Below, in pieces: positions 38,993-52,963 of a DNA stretch of 64,000 nt (position 1 is the first letter of the stretch; every line of letters begins with the position of its first letter). The notes under the pieces were generated by a model. It was not told the DNA's origin and ran no database searches. It saw only the letters and a list, made by a program, of their open reading frames with translations. This DNA is from Octopus sinensis (Eukaryota). The position numbers and the translations under genes were made by a program. The stretch is from assembly GCF_006345805.1 (NCBI RefSeq), contig NC_043014.1, positions 14,756,001-14,820,000 on the forward strand, read 5' to 3'.

Positions 38993-39799
38993 CTAAAGTA
39001 AATTTTTATCTATTTAAAATTTTTTTACATGTACATGTGTTTTTGAGTGATACTGATGTCTTTTTCATAAATATAGTCTTTCCAGGATTTTTTCTTAACT
39101 TTTTCATTAACATATTTTTTGTCTTTTACTAGATGATGATGATGATGATGATGACAAGAATAGGATGGGCTCTATGACATCAGCTTTTTCCCGTCTGAAG
39201 ACATGCATTTCATACTACTAAATACTTTGTTGCAAAGTGGAAGTGGAACCTATTGTCAGTCAAACAGACTGAGGCAAGCAGAGTTATTTACCATTGTCAA
39301 AAGCACAACTTTAATGATTGTAATGATAGCAAAGCCTGAATTCTTAACCAATTAAAGCATAAACTAACAAACGAACCACCTCCTCATTCTAATGTTAACG
39401 TAAATATAATTGCTGATTATTTGCAAGGAAAGTATAAACTTTACAAATGAAATGGTTTTTGGTCTGTCTTTTTTTTTTTCTTTTTGACCCAATTAAAACT
39501 GCTGCCTTTAATAAGCTACAGTTTTAATTGGACCAAAACACTGAAGGCAAACACTAGTGCCAGTTTTTTTTTGTTTTTTTTTGTTTTTTTTCAATAGATT
39601 TTATTTCAATTTCTACTGTTTATTAAAAATATAATTGTACATTTGAATCATCATCATCATCATCATATGCAAAACAAATAATACATTTTATATATGATAT
39701 TTACCACATGATGCACCTCATTGTAATGATGTCTTATTATTATTATTATTATTATTATTATCATTATTATCTTTATTTGTATTTCGCTTGTCAATACAT

Positions 39800-40454
39800 C
39801 ACGAGTTCAAATTCTGCTGAGGTCGACTCAGCATTTCATCCGTTTGGGGTCGATAAACTAAGTACCAGTGAAACACTGGGGTCAATGTAATCGAATAGTC
39901 CACTTCCCACAAATTCCAGGCCTTCTGCCTTTAGCAGAAATGATAATTATTATCATTATTGTTGTTGCTGCTGCTGCTGCTGTTGTTTTTGTTGTAGTTG
40001 TTGGTCTTATTATCATCATCATCATCATCATTATTATTATTATATTCAAATTCCGCCGAGGTTGGCTTTGCCTTTCATCCTTTCAGGGTTGATAAAACAA
40101 GTACCAGTTGAATACCTAGGGTCAATGTAATTGATTTATTCCCCTCTCCCCAATTCCAGGACTTGTGTCTATAGCAGAAAGGATTATTATTTTTATTATC
40201 ATTATTATTATTATTATCATTATCATTGTTGTTGTTGTTAAGGCGGCGAGCTGGTAGAATTGTTAGCCTGCCAGGTGAAATGCTTAGCGGTATTTCACCT
40301 GTCTTTACGTTCTGAGTTCAAATTCCACCGAGGTCGACTTATCCTTTCAGCAGGGTGGGGGGTGATAAAATTAGTCCCAGTTATGCACTGGGGTTGATGT
40401 AATTGACTTAATTCCTTCCCTCAAATTTCAGGCCTTGTGCTTCCAGTAGAAAGG

Positions 40455-40491
<37 letters not shown>

Positions 40492-40995
40492 TATTATTAT
40501 TATTACTATTATAAAGGCAGTGAGCAGGCAGAATTGTTAGCACACAGAGTGAAGTGCTTCATCATATTTTATTTGTCTTTATGTTCCGCATTCCAATTTC
40601 GTCAGGTTCAACTTTACCTTTCATCCTTTGGGTGGGGGGGTGGGGGTTGATAAATCAAGTATCAGTGAAACACTGGGGTCAATGTAATCGACTAGCCCCC
40701 TCCTCCAAATTTCAGGCCTTATGCCTTTAGTAGAAAGGATTGTTGTTGTTGTTGGTATTATTATTATTATTGTTATTATTAAGGCATCAAGCAGGTAAGA
40801 TTGTCATGACACCAGACAAAATGCTTAACAGTATTTCTTCCAGCTCTTTATGTTCTGAGATCAAATGCCACCAAGATCAACTTTGCCTTTCATCCTTTCA
40901 GGGTTGACAAAATAAATAGCAGTTGAGAAATGAGGTTGATGTAAACAACTAGCTCCCTGCCGCAAAATATTAGGCCTTGTGCTTATTGTAGAGAG
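39800..40995 (+). mobile_element. Head-to-tail run of about five family-B SINE copies separated by (ATT)/(GTT)n
   Basis: Repeated GAGTTCAAATTCC...TTTGCCTTTCATCCTTT...GGGGTCAATGTAATCGAC blocks. Confidence 0.8.
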
Positions 40996-41299
40996 AACTT
41001 GCAACCACATCATTGCAAAATGATCTCCTTAACCACATAGCCAAGCCTGCACCTATATGGAAACTTTCAGTACTTTACAATTTTTTTTTTTCTATTTCCT
41101 TGCTTTTCGGGTTATCATTGTAATTGTACCCCGAGCCATTTCTTTTCTTTTTAAAACCTTTCAGTCTTTCACCTATCATTTGTTTTAATCATCAGACTGT
41201 GGCCATGCTGGGGCACCACTTTGAAGAATTTTTAGTGGAAGAAATCAACCCGACAACTTATTTTTGTTTTTTTTTAAAGTCTGGTACTTATTCTGTCAT

Positions 41300-41560
41300 G
41301 GAGACACGTGGCTTAGTGGTTAGGGTGTCAGCATCATGATCGTAAGATTGTGGTTTCGATTCCTGGACCAGGCAACGCGTTGTGTTCTTGAGCAAAACAC
41401 TTCATTTCCCGTTGCTCCAGTCCACTCAGCTAGCAAAAATGAGTAACGCTGTGATAGACTGGCGTCCCGTCCAGCTGGGGAACCCATACACCATTGAAAC
41501 TGGGAAACTGGGCCCATGAGCCTGGCTAGGCTTTAAAAAGGGCGCATTTATTTATTTTAT
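41300..41560 (+). mobile_element. tRNA-derived SINE family D inserted into a family-A copy (related: ~28075-28385, ~29592-29835, ~47020-47320)
   Basis: Head GGAGACACGTGGCTTAGTGGTTAGGG...GGTTTCGATTCC. Family-A sequence resumes on both sides. Confidence 0.72.
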
Positions 41561-44143
41561 TATTCTTTCAGTCTATTTTGCCAAACAGCTAGGTTACAGG
41601 GACATAAACACACCAACACATGTTGTCAAAAGGTGGTGGGGGACAAACACAGGCACAAATACATACACACACACACACACATATATATGATGAACTTCCT
41701 TCAGATTTTGGCTACCAAATCCACTCACAAGGCTTTGGTCAATCTGAGGCTATAAAAGACACTTGCCCAAGGTGCCACAAAGTGAGATTGAAACAAGAAC
41801 CATGTGGTTGGGAAGCAAGCTTCTTACCTGCACTTATGTACAAAATATTTTTCTACCGTACCAATTCCTTTTAATTACCATTAGAAAACAAAATATTGAA
41901 TAAAATTTATCTTGTCTGAAGAACTGATTACGAATTAATTTTTTTTTTTCTTTTTTCAATTTACATAATATAATTAATAACACAAAAACAAAACAATGTA
42001 AATTTAATTGTTTTAATTATAAAATTATTTTGACTAAACGAAAAAAAAAAAATTAAAACATTTACTTATTTCTTGAAAGTAATTTCTGAAATTTATTCTT
42101 TAGGAAAAAAATTTATTTAAGAAAATGCATTTGAGTGAGCTCTAAAAACATTGTTTAACATGTGTGTGTGTGTATGTGAGTTTGTGTACATGCATATGTA
42201 CGTACGTACATACATACATATATATATAAATACACACATACATACATATACTGACTACTTATTGAGGCAATCATGCCTCAATTTGATAAATACTTCTGCT
42301 AGGTCTGTGTAGGCCATCATGTCAGCAACAGCTGTTTAAAGGGATTTTTTTCCCCAAATAATTCATCAGTGAAAAGCTAGTTCTTCTGAACTGTTTCTTG
42401 TTCTGACAGAAATGTGTTCTAACAAAACCTTGACTTGCATACATAATAGACTTTCCCATTTATTTTCAAGGAACAACTGTTCCAGTTGTATAATCAATGG
42501 AGCCAATTATTCCTTATGTCAGAATTTAAGTGGCTGAGTGTTCCATAGATATTTGTACTTTTAATATAATGTGATGTGATCCTTGTTCAGAGTCGACATG
42601 ACACTGTATGTGATCAGGTTGGCCTTAGAATTACAGCTACTGCTCAAGTGCATCAAAGAGGCCTTCATCAAATATTTTCTACCAAATTTTACTCATAAGG
42701 CAGGAGTGTGTAGTTAGAAGTTTGATCCCCAACCACATGGTTGTGGGTTCAGTCCTACTGCATAGCACCTTGTGCAAGTGTCTTCTATGACCAAAGCCTT
42801 ATGAGTAGATTTGGCAGACAGAAACTGAAAGAAGCCTGTCGTATGTATATATATATATAAATGCTTAGCAGTATTTCATCTGCCGTTACGTTGTGAGTTC
42901 AAATTCCGCTGAGGTCAACTTTGCCTTTCATCCTTTCGGGGTCAATAAATTAAGTACCAGTTATGCATTGGGGTCAATATAATCGACTTAATCCGTTTGT
43001 CTTTGTTTGTTCACTCTGTGTTTAGCCCCTTGTGGGTAGTAAAGAAATAGGTATTTCGTCTGCCACTATGTTCTGAGTTCAAATTCTACCAAGGTCGACT
43101 TTGCCTTTCATCCTTTCGGGATCGATTAAATAAGTACCAGTTATGCACTGGGGTCGATATAATCAACTTAATCCATTTGTCTGTCCTTGTTAGTCCTCTC
43201 TGTATGTAGCCCCTTGTGGGCAGTAAAGAAATAAGATGTATTTTTTTTCTTGGTTGACAGCAAGTTGAGGGAGGTTGGGCTGTTATTTTTTGCATATTGA
43301 ATGTCTGTGTAAAGACTGTCTTGTTGACTTGATGATGTCAATGATAATGATCATGGAGACAATGAAGATGACGATAATGATGATGACAATGATAATGATT
43401 GGATAACAATGAAAATGTGATATAAATGATGATGGAAAGGATGATGATGAAGACAACAGTGATACCAATGATGATGATGATGATGATGAAATATAATTGT
43501 AATATAAAGGACGATGACACGGATAATGATGATGGAAGATGATGATGACGATGATGACAGCAATGACAATGAAAATGATGAAGACGACACAGAAAACAAT
43601 AAGTTTATAACAGGATGTTACAAATCAAAAAAAAAAAAGAAAGAAATTAAAAACAAAAAAGAACAAAAGAGAAAAATTAAAAGAAAAATGGAACAAAAAA
43701 AAAATTCCTCTGAGCTTGATTCTATTTCTTTTCCTTGCATTATCCTACATTTTCTACCCACATGGCGCCATTCTTTACAGCAAAACACAAAAGATCTCAT
43801 CTTGGCAACAATAAGAATCACTCTAGTACTTCCTTTTATGCCTATGCTGAGACAATCATTTGTTGAGCGAGAGACAGAGGCAAACACTTCCGACTTGAAC
43901 GACAGAACGTAACCAATTCACATCACATTCCATTTTCACAAGATCAAGTGCTCAGCCTACAGCTTCAAACCAAAGCCGGAAGACGAGAAGACTACAAGTC
44001 TTCAGTCTGGTTTCTTGTCACAGACTTCCCACACTCTACGTCTGTCGTTATGTCATTCAAACAGACAAGTCTGGAGCATCAAGTGACAGGCAGACTATAA
44101 CAGAGGCAATTCCATGAAAACGGTAGTAGTAGTAGTAGTAGTT

Positions 44144-44209
<66 letters not shown>

Positions 44210-45485
44210 TTGGCAGTGGCGATGTTGCTGGTAATGGTGGTAGTAGCACCAGCAGCAACAATAGTAGTAGTTGTGGTAATGGAGGTGTTGTTAATGATAC
44301 TAGTAGTAGTTGTAGTAGTAGTAGCAGCAATTTAACCCCAGTTTAGCCCAGACAGAACAGATTTATGATCAAAGACATTCAAGCCATGACAGCCCCATTT
44401 AAAACTTTATTTTTACACACAGTTTATGTAAAACTACATCTAATATATCTATATTTCCTTCCTGAGTAGGGTTGATATCTGAGGTAAATTTGGTTACTAT
44501 TTCTAATGGTTCAAGCACTGACATAAAAGTTTGCTCTTCAGAGACTCAAATGTAAAAAACTATTGTTGTTTAGCAAGATGCGTCATATATAGGTGGCAAG
44601 CTGGCAGAAATGTTAGCATGCCAGGCGAAATGCTTAGCGGTATTTCATTTGCTGTTACATTCTGAATTCAAATTCTGCCGAGGTTGACTTTGCCTTTCAT
44701 CCTTTTGGGCGTTGATTAAATAAGTACCAGTTACGCACTGAAGTCGATATAATTGACTTAATCCGTTTGTCTGTCTTTGTTTGTCCCCTCTGTGTGTAGC
44801 CCCTTGTGGGCAGTAAAGAAATAGGTATTTCGTCTGCCATTACATTCTGAGTTTAAATTCTGCTGAGGTCAACTTTGCCTTTCATCCTTCGGGATTGATA
44901 AATTAAGTGCCAGTTGTGTACTGGGGTCGATGTAATCGACTTAATCTCTTTGTCTGTCCTTGTTTGTCCCCTCTATGTTTAGCCCCCTGTGGGCAGTAAA
45001 GAAATAAGATGTGTCATATAATTACCTTATAATTAAAAGCACCTGTGCAGTACCACATAAAAGCACCTGTGCAGTACCACATAAAAGCACCTAGCACACT
45101 TTGTAAAGTAAATGGTGTTATGAGGGGTAACCAACAGTAGGAACCATGCCAAATCAGACTGGAGTCTGGTGCAACTCCCCCAGCTCTGTTCAAACTGTCC
45201 AACCCATGACGGCATGGACAACGGATATATGATGATGATGATGATGATTTATCTATAACTTGCTTTGGTCATTGGACAGCGGCCATGCTGGCGTACCACC
45301 TTGAAGGCTCCATGACAAATCAGACAACTGGAGCCGGTCAAACTGCCTGACCCATGTCAGCATGGACAATGGATATTAAATGACTCACTGAGGGTTGATC
45401 AGGGGAACAACAACAACAGTAGCAACAACAACAACAACAACAACAATCAATGGCAAGAACAACAATAATAAAATATTCTAATTAC

Positions 45486-45734
45486 CTGTTGTAAGTTTCC
45501 TTCCACATCTTGAATGTGGCGTTTCAGGACAGAGGCTACTTTCTGCTCGATGGGGGACAGCACTCGGTTGAACTGTACCACTGCAGCGTCCCAAAGTGGT
45601 TTGGTGAACGGATTGTAGAGAATGGGGTTAAGACCAGTAAACGACCGGAATACCTGCGACATGTTCAGTTCCTGTTGCTCCTGGGAAGTGAGCAAGTGCG
45701 TCAGTTGTTCATGGATTGAACGAAGAGTCAGGAC
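45486..45734 (-). CDS. DYNC2H1: Dynein-2 heavy chain internal exon (249 nt, phase 0/0): VLTLRSIHEQLTHLL...HIQDVEGNLQQ
   Basis: Peptide resembles the vertebrate DYNC2H1 tail segment (VLAIRTIHE...FTGLNPVQYNPYTEPLWKAAVSQY...), recalled from memory. Acceptor ctgcag (AG at 45736-45735), donor CAG/gtaat. Confidence 0.93.
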
Positions 45735-45791
45735 CTGCAGATATATGTAGTATATACATGTGTTACTTGTGCTGTACTGAAACTTAAGGGA

Positions 45792-46295
45792 TGCGGACAG
45801 TTGCATACATGTGTATAGATGTAGACACCTGCATACATGTATATAGATATAGACAGTGGCATACATGTATATAGATATAGACAGTGGCATACAAGTATAT
45901 AGATGTACACAGCTGTATACATGTGTTTAGATGTAAACAATTGCACACATATGTATACATGTAGACAGTTTCAGACATGTGTATACATGCAGACATCTGC
46001 ATACATGTATATAGATATAGACAGTGGCATACATGTATATATGTGTATAGATGTAGATAGTTGCACACAAGTGTATACATGTGTATAGATGTAGATAGTT
46101 GCATACATGTATATACATGTAGACAGTTGCATACATGCGTATATATGTAGACAGTTGCATACATATGTAAACATGTAGACAGCTGCATACATATGTATAC
46201 ATGTAGACAGCTGCATACATGTGTATACACGTAGACAGCTGCATACATGTAGACAGTTGCACACATGTGTATAGATGTAGACAGCTGCATACACA
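45792..46295. repeat. Degenerate ~28-bp minisatellite (GTAGACAGTTGCATACATGTGTATAGAT-like) next to an exon acceptor
   Basis: AGACAGTGGC recurs at 45851 and 45879 (period 28). Confidence 0.8.
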
Positions 46296-49200
46296 AATGC
46301 TGATCACTTAAGGTGGATGGAATTTGTGGAACATGGAGACCCGGGAACACATGGGACAAAATATTGAAGGCTGATCTTTGACCCTTATGAAAGAGATGAC
46401 TAAATGACTGAGATATTTGGCACCTTGCTGTACTCAAGAAGACCCATCCACTGCAGCAAAATTTATACCAGTGCTGGTGCCACATAAAAAGCACTCATGC
46501 TGGTGCCATGTTGAAAATAATGGTGCTGGTGCCACATAAAAAGTACCAAGTGCATTCTGTGGAGTGGTTGGCATTAGGAAGGGTACCCAGTCATAGAAAC
46601 CATGTCAGAACAGATGACGGGAGCCTGGTGCGACACTGGCCTTACTGGCTCCAGTAAAACCATCCAGCTTATGCCAGCATGGAAAACAGACGTTAAATGA
46701 TGATGGCAATAATTATGATGATGATGGCAATAATTATGATGATGATGTAGTTTTGTGCCAGTGATGAGGCATTAGAGTATGAATAGAGGGAGAGAAACAG
46801 GTGTCTTACAGAAAAGGAGATGCAAGGCTTCCTCAGTTGGAGAGGGTGAGAGAGAGAGACAGAGAAAGATGGTGAAGATGTAACATGGTACACATTTAAG
46901 TTATAGGTATGTTCTTTTTTTTCTTTCATTTTTAAGTTTTTACATAAACCTGCTGTGTCTGATGCAGCTGTATTAAGGTAAAGGTAAAGTTACCTTCCTG
47001 AGTCTTGAATCATACGGTGATGAGTCCAACACCCTAACCACTAAGCCACGTGCCTCCACAAAAAGGTAAAGTTACCTTTTCAAGTCATACAAACTCAGAA
47101 GGGCCGGTTTCCCACTTTCATGGCGTATAAATGCTCCACCTGGACCGAACTCCAGTCTGTTGTGAGATCACTTATTATTTGCCAGCTGAGTGGCCTGGGA
47201 GCAATGTGAAATGAAGTGTTTTGCTCAAGAGTACAATGTATCGCTCTCAGGCCAGGAATTGAAACCACAATCTTAGGGTCTTGAGTCCAACATCCAAACC
47301 ACTAAGCCACTCAACTCCACAATGTGTCTGTATTACAAATGGGACACTGAGTGCTATGGGTCAGGAAACCAAATGAGCAAAAGCCTGCGAGGCACAATAC
47401 AGCAACTGTGTTTTTTTTCTTTTACTTGTTTTAGTAATTTGATTGCTGCCATGCTGGAGCACTGCATTTAGTCAAGCAAATTGACCCCAGGACTTGTTCT
47501 TTGTAGGCCTAGTACTTCTTTTGTCAATCTCTTTTGCTGAGCCACTAAGTTATGGAGACATTGGTTGTCAAGCAACGGTGGGGGACAACACACACACACA
47601 CACACACATATGTATATACATGATGGGCTTCTTTCAGTTTCCGTCTACCAAATCCATTCACAAGGCTTTAGTCGGCCCGAAGCTATAGTGGAAAACACTT
47701 GCCCAAGGTGTCACGCAGTGGGACTGAACCCAGAACCATGTGGTTGGTAAGCAAGCTTCTTACCACACAGCCACTCCTGCAACCATAAATTATTAAAAAC
47801 GAGTCGAAGACATCACAGTCAGTTAGCACAAACTTAAAAAACAATTACAGTATGTCGGAAGTTTGGTGGGGGGGGGTATCCCATCATCTCATAACAAATC
47901 CTTCCTAAGCATACATATCCTATGCTTGATAAATGTTTTACATTATTTAATGACTGTGCTACCTTTAAGAAACATTTTTTTTTTTTCCAATTATCTAAAT
48001 GAAAAATCCCCCTTGAAAGAATGAAGGAAGGTTAACAAACTTTCAACTGCCTGTAAGCTATTTGCAATGAGTGGATGACAATACTATTAGGCTGACCAAA
48101 GCTTTGTGAGTGGATTTGGCAGACAGAAACTGAAAGAAGCCCGTCATCGTCGTTGTTGTTGTCTTCATCGCCGCCGCCACCACCACCATCATTGTTTAAC
48201 GTCTGCCTTCCATGCTGGCATGGGTTACATGTTTGACAGGAGTTGGCTAGGCAGAAGACTGCACCAGACTTCTGTGTCTGTCTTAGCAGGGTTTTTACAG
48301 CTGGATGCCCTTCCAAACAATGATCACCCTGCAGAGTGAATTGAGTACCTTTTAAGTGGCACCAACACAGGAGAGGTCATGTTTTGGCACGGTTTTTTAG
48401 ACCTGGATGCTCTTCCAAATGCCAACCACTTCACAGTGTGGACTAGATGCTTTTTATGTGGCACCAATACTGGCAGGGTCACCAATTAACTTGCAAGACA
48501 AGGAATTTTGAGAGGGGAGGAGGCATTAGAAGAGGTGATCTTGTGTCAGATGATGAAAGATCAGAACATGACAGAGAGGCAGAAACAGGTATCTAGCTGT
48601 AGAGGGGGTAATGGTTACCAGGCAGAAGTTGGAAGGTCTGACAGGAGCTGGCAAAGCCAGGGACCACACCTCATTCTATTGTCTGTTCTGGCATGGTTCC
48701 TACAGCTGGATGCCCTTCCTTATACCAACTACTTTACAGTGTGTACTGGGTGCTTTTCACATGACCCCCATCATCAGTACTTTTTATGTGGTACCAGCAC
48801 CTGTGCCTTTTGCATGGTACCAATAGCCTGTGTGTGTGTGTATGTACCCTCCTCTCGATATCATGTGATAATTATCAACAAGTATTGCTATCACACAAGC
48901 ATTGTTTGTTTCCAGTCTTCCATGTAAAACATATTGGGTAATGGGGAAAAATTACCTTGCTTAGGAAAAGGTGAAGATTAGCAACAGGAAGGGCATCCAA
49001 CCTTAGAAAATCTGCCTCAATAAATTCCATCTGGCTTATGCTAGTATGGAAAAGTGGACGTTACATGATAATCATGATGATGGTGATGATAATGAAACGA
49101 ATTAAAATATATTTTATTTTATACAGAATCACAAGGAAAGACATTCTTTAGACATAGCATACATTTACACTCCACAGTATGAGAGGAATAAAGAGTAGCT

Positions 49201-50327
49201 ATACTTATATACATATTTAATCTTTAGAACTTAAGAAGTAGAAAATAGCTATGCATGTATGCATATTTAATATATAACACCTGAGAAACTATAGTGTTAC
49301 ATACATATACACATAAGCACACAGCCACCAACAACACTACCTACTACCAATATCATCATCATCATTTTACTTCCCGTTTCCATGCCAGTATGGGTTAGAT
49401 GATCACCACTGTCAAAGTCAGAACATTCAAAGATACTGCTTGTCTAAATGGTTCGAGTTTTTTTAATTTCTGGATTAGGTACCATGTAAAAAGCACCCAT
49501 GCTGGTGCCATGTACAAAGCATGTGTGCTGATACCAAGTATAAGCACCTGGTGCTGGTGCCATGTAAAAAGCTCCCATACAGGTGGCACATAAAAGCACC
49601 TGTGTTGTTCGCTGCATAAACCCAGTATACTTTGTAAAGCGATTGGCATTAGGAAAAGCATCCAGCCATAGAAACCATACCAAAACTGACATTTGGAGCC
49701 TAGTGCAGCTCTCTGGCTTGCCAGATCCTGCCAAACTGTCCAACCCATGCCTGCATGGAAAATAGATGTTAAATGATGATGATGAGGAGGAGGAGGAGGA
49801 AGATCTACAGCTGGATACCCTTCCTAACACCAATCATTTTATGGAATGAATAGGGGGCATCAGTGCTGGGGTGGTTTTTGTGCCCTCAGCAAGACTAAAA
49901 GGTCCTCTTATCCCACACTTTAATTGGGTAGCCATATCCTCAACAAGACTAAAGATTAAAGAGTACTTTCAATCCCATATTTCCACTCACTTGCTAACCA
50001 CTTTACAGAATGATAGGCATGAGTAATAAAGGTATGAATAATAAGTGACAAGATTGATGGGTGATAGGGGCATTCCATATTTTGAGACACATACATTCAA
50101 GAACTGAGCAATGATGGAAGGCAACGTGACCCAACATGATGAATAGTGCCAGAATGATTGAGTTTAAAGGAGTAAGAGTATTATAGCAGTCAGAGTGATG
50201 ACTGACAGGAAAAATATGTATCAACGTACAGTCATAGGACACAAACCCATATCCCTCAAAGACTGTAGCTGAGTGCTTTACCATTAAGCTAAACTGCCCT
50301 AATTTCATTTAAGGTTGTGGGAAACCA

Positions 50328-50957
50328 CTAACAATCCTTTCTTTTGCTTTTTTTACATTTAGCGTAACAGTTCGTTTCCGCCGTAATGAGTTCAAATAGA
50401 CTCATCGGAAAAAGTAAAAAGAAATAGTCTATCACTTTACTCTCCTTGGAAAGTCTGTGGCTTGGTCCAGTTTCTTCAGAAAAATCACCGAAAGAAACAG
50501 TTTTTAAATTTTCACTCCATTCAGGTACCAATTCATTTTCTTTATCGCTGTCGGAGCTCTCGGATTCACTGTTTTCACTTTCGGAAATTGAAACATCAGA
50601 TTCATTATCAAATACCACGTGCTTTTTTTTTTTCAGTCATAGAGTTAAATTTATGAAAGTCTTCAGTAGAAAATCCTTCAAATTCTGACTTGCTGCTTGA
50701 TATAATGAAATTCGTATCCATTTTTTGTCAGAATTACAAATTTTGAAAACACAATAGGAACAAATTTCGGAAAAAAATCTCCCAAAATTCACGGAATTAA
50801 AATTACACTTCAATCGTAGTACAAAACTGTAGATGAACTGTTTACGAAGTATAATCACGTGTTTTCACGAATGTACTAAAGAGATTTGCTCTGATATTCT
50901 CATTTAAATATGAATAGGTAAATACGGGCGGGTTTGGGCGGTTTGGTAACGAAAGGG
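50328..50957 (-). mobile_element. piggyBac 5' end with a PGBD4-like transposase N-terminal fragment
   Basis: Minus-strand TTAA-CCCTTTCGTTACC terminus (TTAA at 50958-50961). ORF 50328-50618 has an acidic/Ser N-terminus and DYFFLLFP..LFELITAETNCYA. Confidence 0.78.
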
Positions 50958-51419
50958 TTAATTGTATCCTACAATACATTTCAACACTTCCAGTAAAAGA
51001 ACAAATATGTGTTTGTTTACATTTACACACACATGGTTGTTCTATAAAGCTAAAGTATGTTTTTCAGCATCTGATTTGATGGATGAATTTGTCAGCAGGC
51101 AGTTTAGCTTAATGGTAAAGCACTCAGCTACAGTCTTTGAGGTATATGGGTTTGTGTCCTATGACTGGTCGTTGATACATATTTTTCCATTTTGTCAGGG
51201 TAGTTTACCCAGTATTTTTGTTGTTCTAATGGCAACTCTGCGTTTGAAAAAATATCATCTTCTTATTTGTATCATACAATACAAAAAGATTTTTTTGTTT
51301 GTTTACTTTTATACACATTTTTTTTCTGCCTTTAACCCTCCGAAGGCGAGTATAGCCCACTTATAGTTGAATTCCATGTTGCATAATTTTTCACTTCTGT
51401 CCTTATACTCTGCCATGAA

Positions 51420-51850
51420 TGTCCCCCATTCTCTGGTTCCTTTTGTGTTGATCTACGCTACGAATTCTTAGGCCTACCTCTCTTTCTATATCCATCCGGA
51501 TTCCACTGTAAAGCACTTTTCGCTACATTTGGTGTTTCTTTTCTAATTGTGCTACCAATCCACTTCCACTTTTTTTTAAATATTTGCTCCCTAATCGAAA
51601 CTTGATTTGTTCTTTGCCATAGCTCCATATTGCTTGTGTTCGGGCCATCTAATTTTAAGTATACTACGCAAGCATCTGTTGATGAATGATTGTATTTGCT
51701 TATTTGACTTAACTGTTGTTTGCCATGTCTCAGCCCCATACAATAGCACCACTTTTACGTTAGTGTTAAAAATTCTTATTTTGTTCTTTATTGAAATTAC
51801 ACTTGTGCTCCATACTTTTTTTTTTACACACATATGGAAATTTAACTTCT
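51420..51850 (-). mobile_element. RTE-clade LINE fragment (frameshifted)
   Basis: KIRIFNTNVKVVLLYGAETW...FINRCLRSILKIRWP and KWKWIGSTIRK...ALQWNPDGYRKRGRPK. Confidence 0.82.
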
Positions 51851-52963
51851 TGGTAAGAGAATACTCCCAAGCCACAAGATAAGATTCAATAAGACTTATC
51901 CAACCCATACCAGCATGGAAAAGCAAATGTAAAAACAATGATAACACTGAAGAATCCTAAGGCACCATCTGCACGGATAAACTATAAGTGTGAACATGTT
52001 TAACACACAGTGGTGCAATGTTTGTGGTGTGAAAAAAAAACAGTGTCAGTTGATGATTAATATTTTATTTTCCCAGTGAGTACAGCAAATGTAGGTTTTT
52101 ATTTCCTCATCCATGTCTTTTCATTCCCCTTCAACATTCTGATGCACTTGCAGTGAATATGCTAACACCTGAATAAACTTCTGTTTACCATGAGGATAGC
52201 ATCTCAAAATCATTTAATTAGTAAACCATCCTACGCCAACAAATATACATTTCTGTATATTATACCTTAAAACTGCAGCAAACTATAAGAGAAGCCACAT
52301 TTGCACTAATGATACTTAAAAGAAATAGAAACCTATGAAGTGTTGTTTCCTTATTTGCAGTAAGGAAAAAATTTATTAGAGAATTAATTAATATTACAAG
52401 ATGGCTAAAAATGGTGACCTGGCAGAATTGTTATCATGGTGGGCAAAATGTTTAGCACAGTGTATCATCCATCTTTACATTCTGAGTTAAAATTCCACAG
52501 GGACTGACTTTGCATTTTATCCTTTAGGGGTCAATAAAATAAGTACCATTTGGGCATTTGGTCAATGTAATCAACTTACCCCTCCTCCAAGATTGCTGAC
52601 CTTGGTGCCAAAATTTGAAACCAATATTATAAAGATGGCAAGCTGGCAGAATTGTTAGCACATTGGACAAAATATTTAGAGGAATTTCTTCCAGATTTTT
52701 ACATTCTGAGCTCATATCTCACCAAGGTCAACTTTGTCTTTCATCTCTTCAGAGTTGATAAAATAAAGTTCCAGTTAAGTGCTGGGGTCAATGTAATCAA
52801 ATTGCCCCTTTCCCTAAATATAATTACTGACCTTGGACTCTGCAATGGACTGGCATCCTGTTCAGAGAAAATATCAAGATCTTGATTGCTTATATGCCAT
52901 GGAAACTGAGTAACTGGTCTTATGAGTCCTAGGGCTCAAGAAAAAAACATATTTCTCAACACC

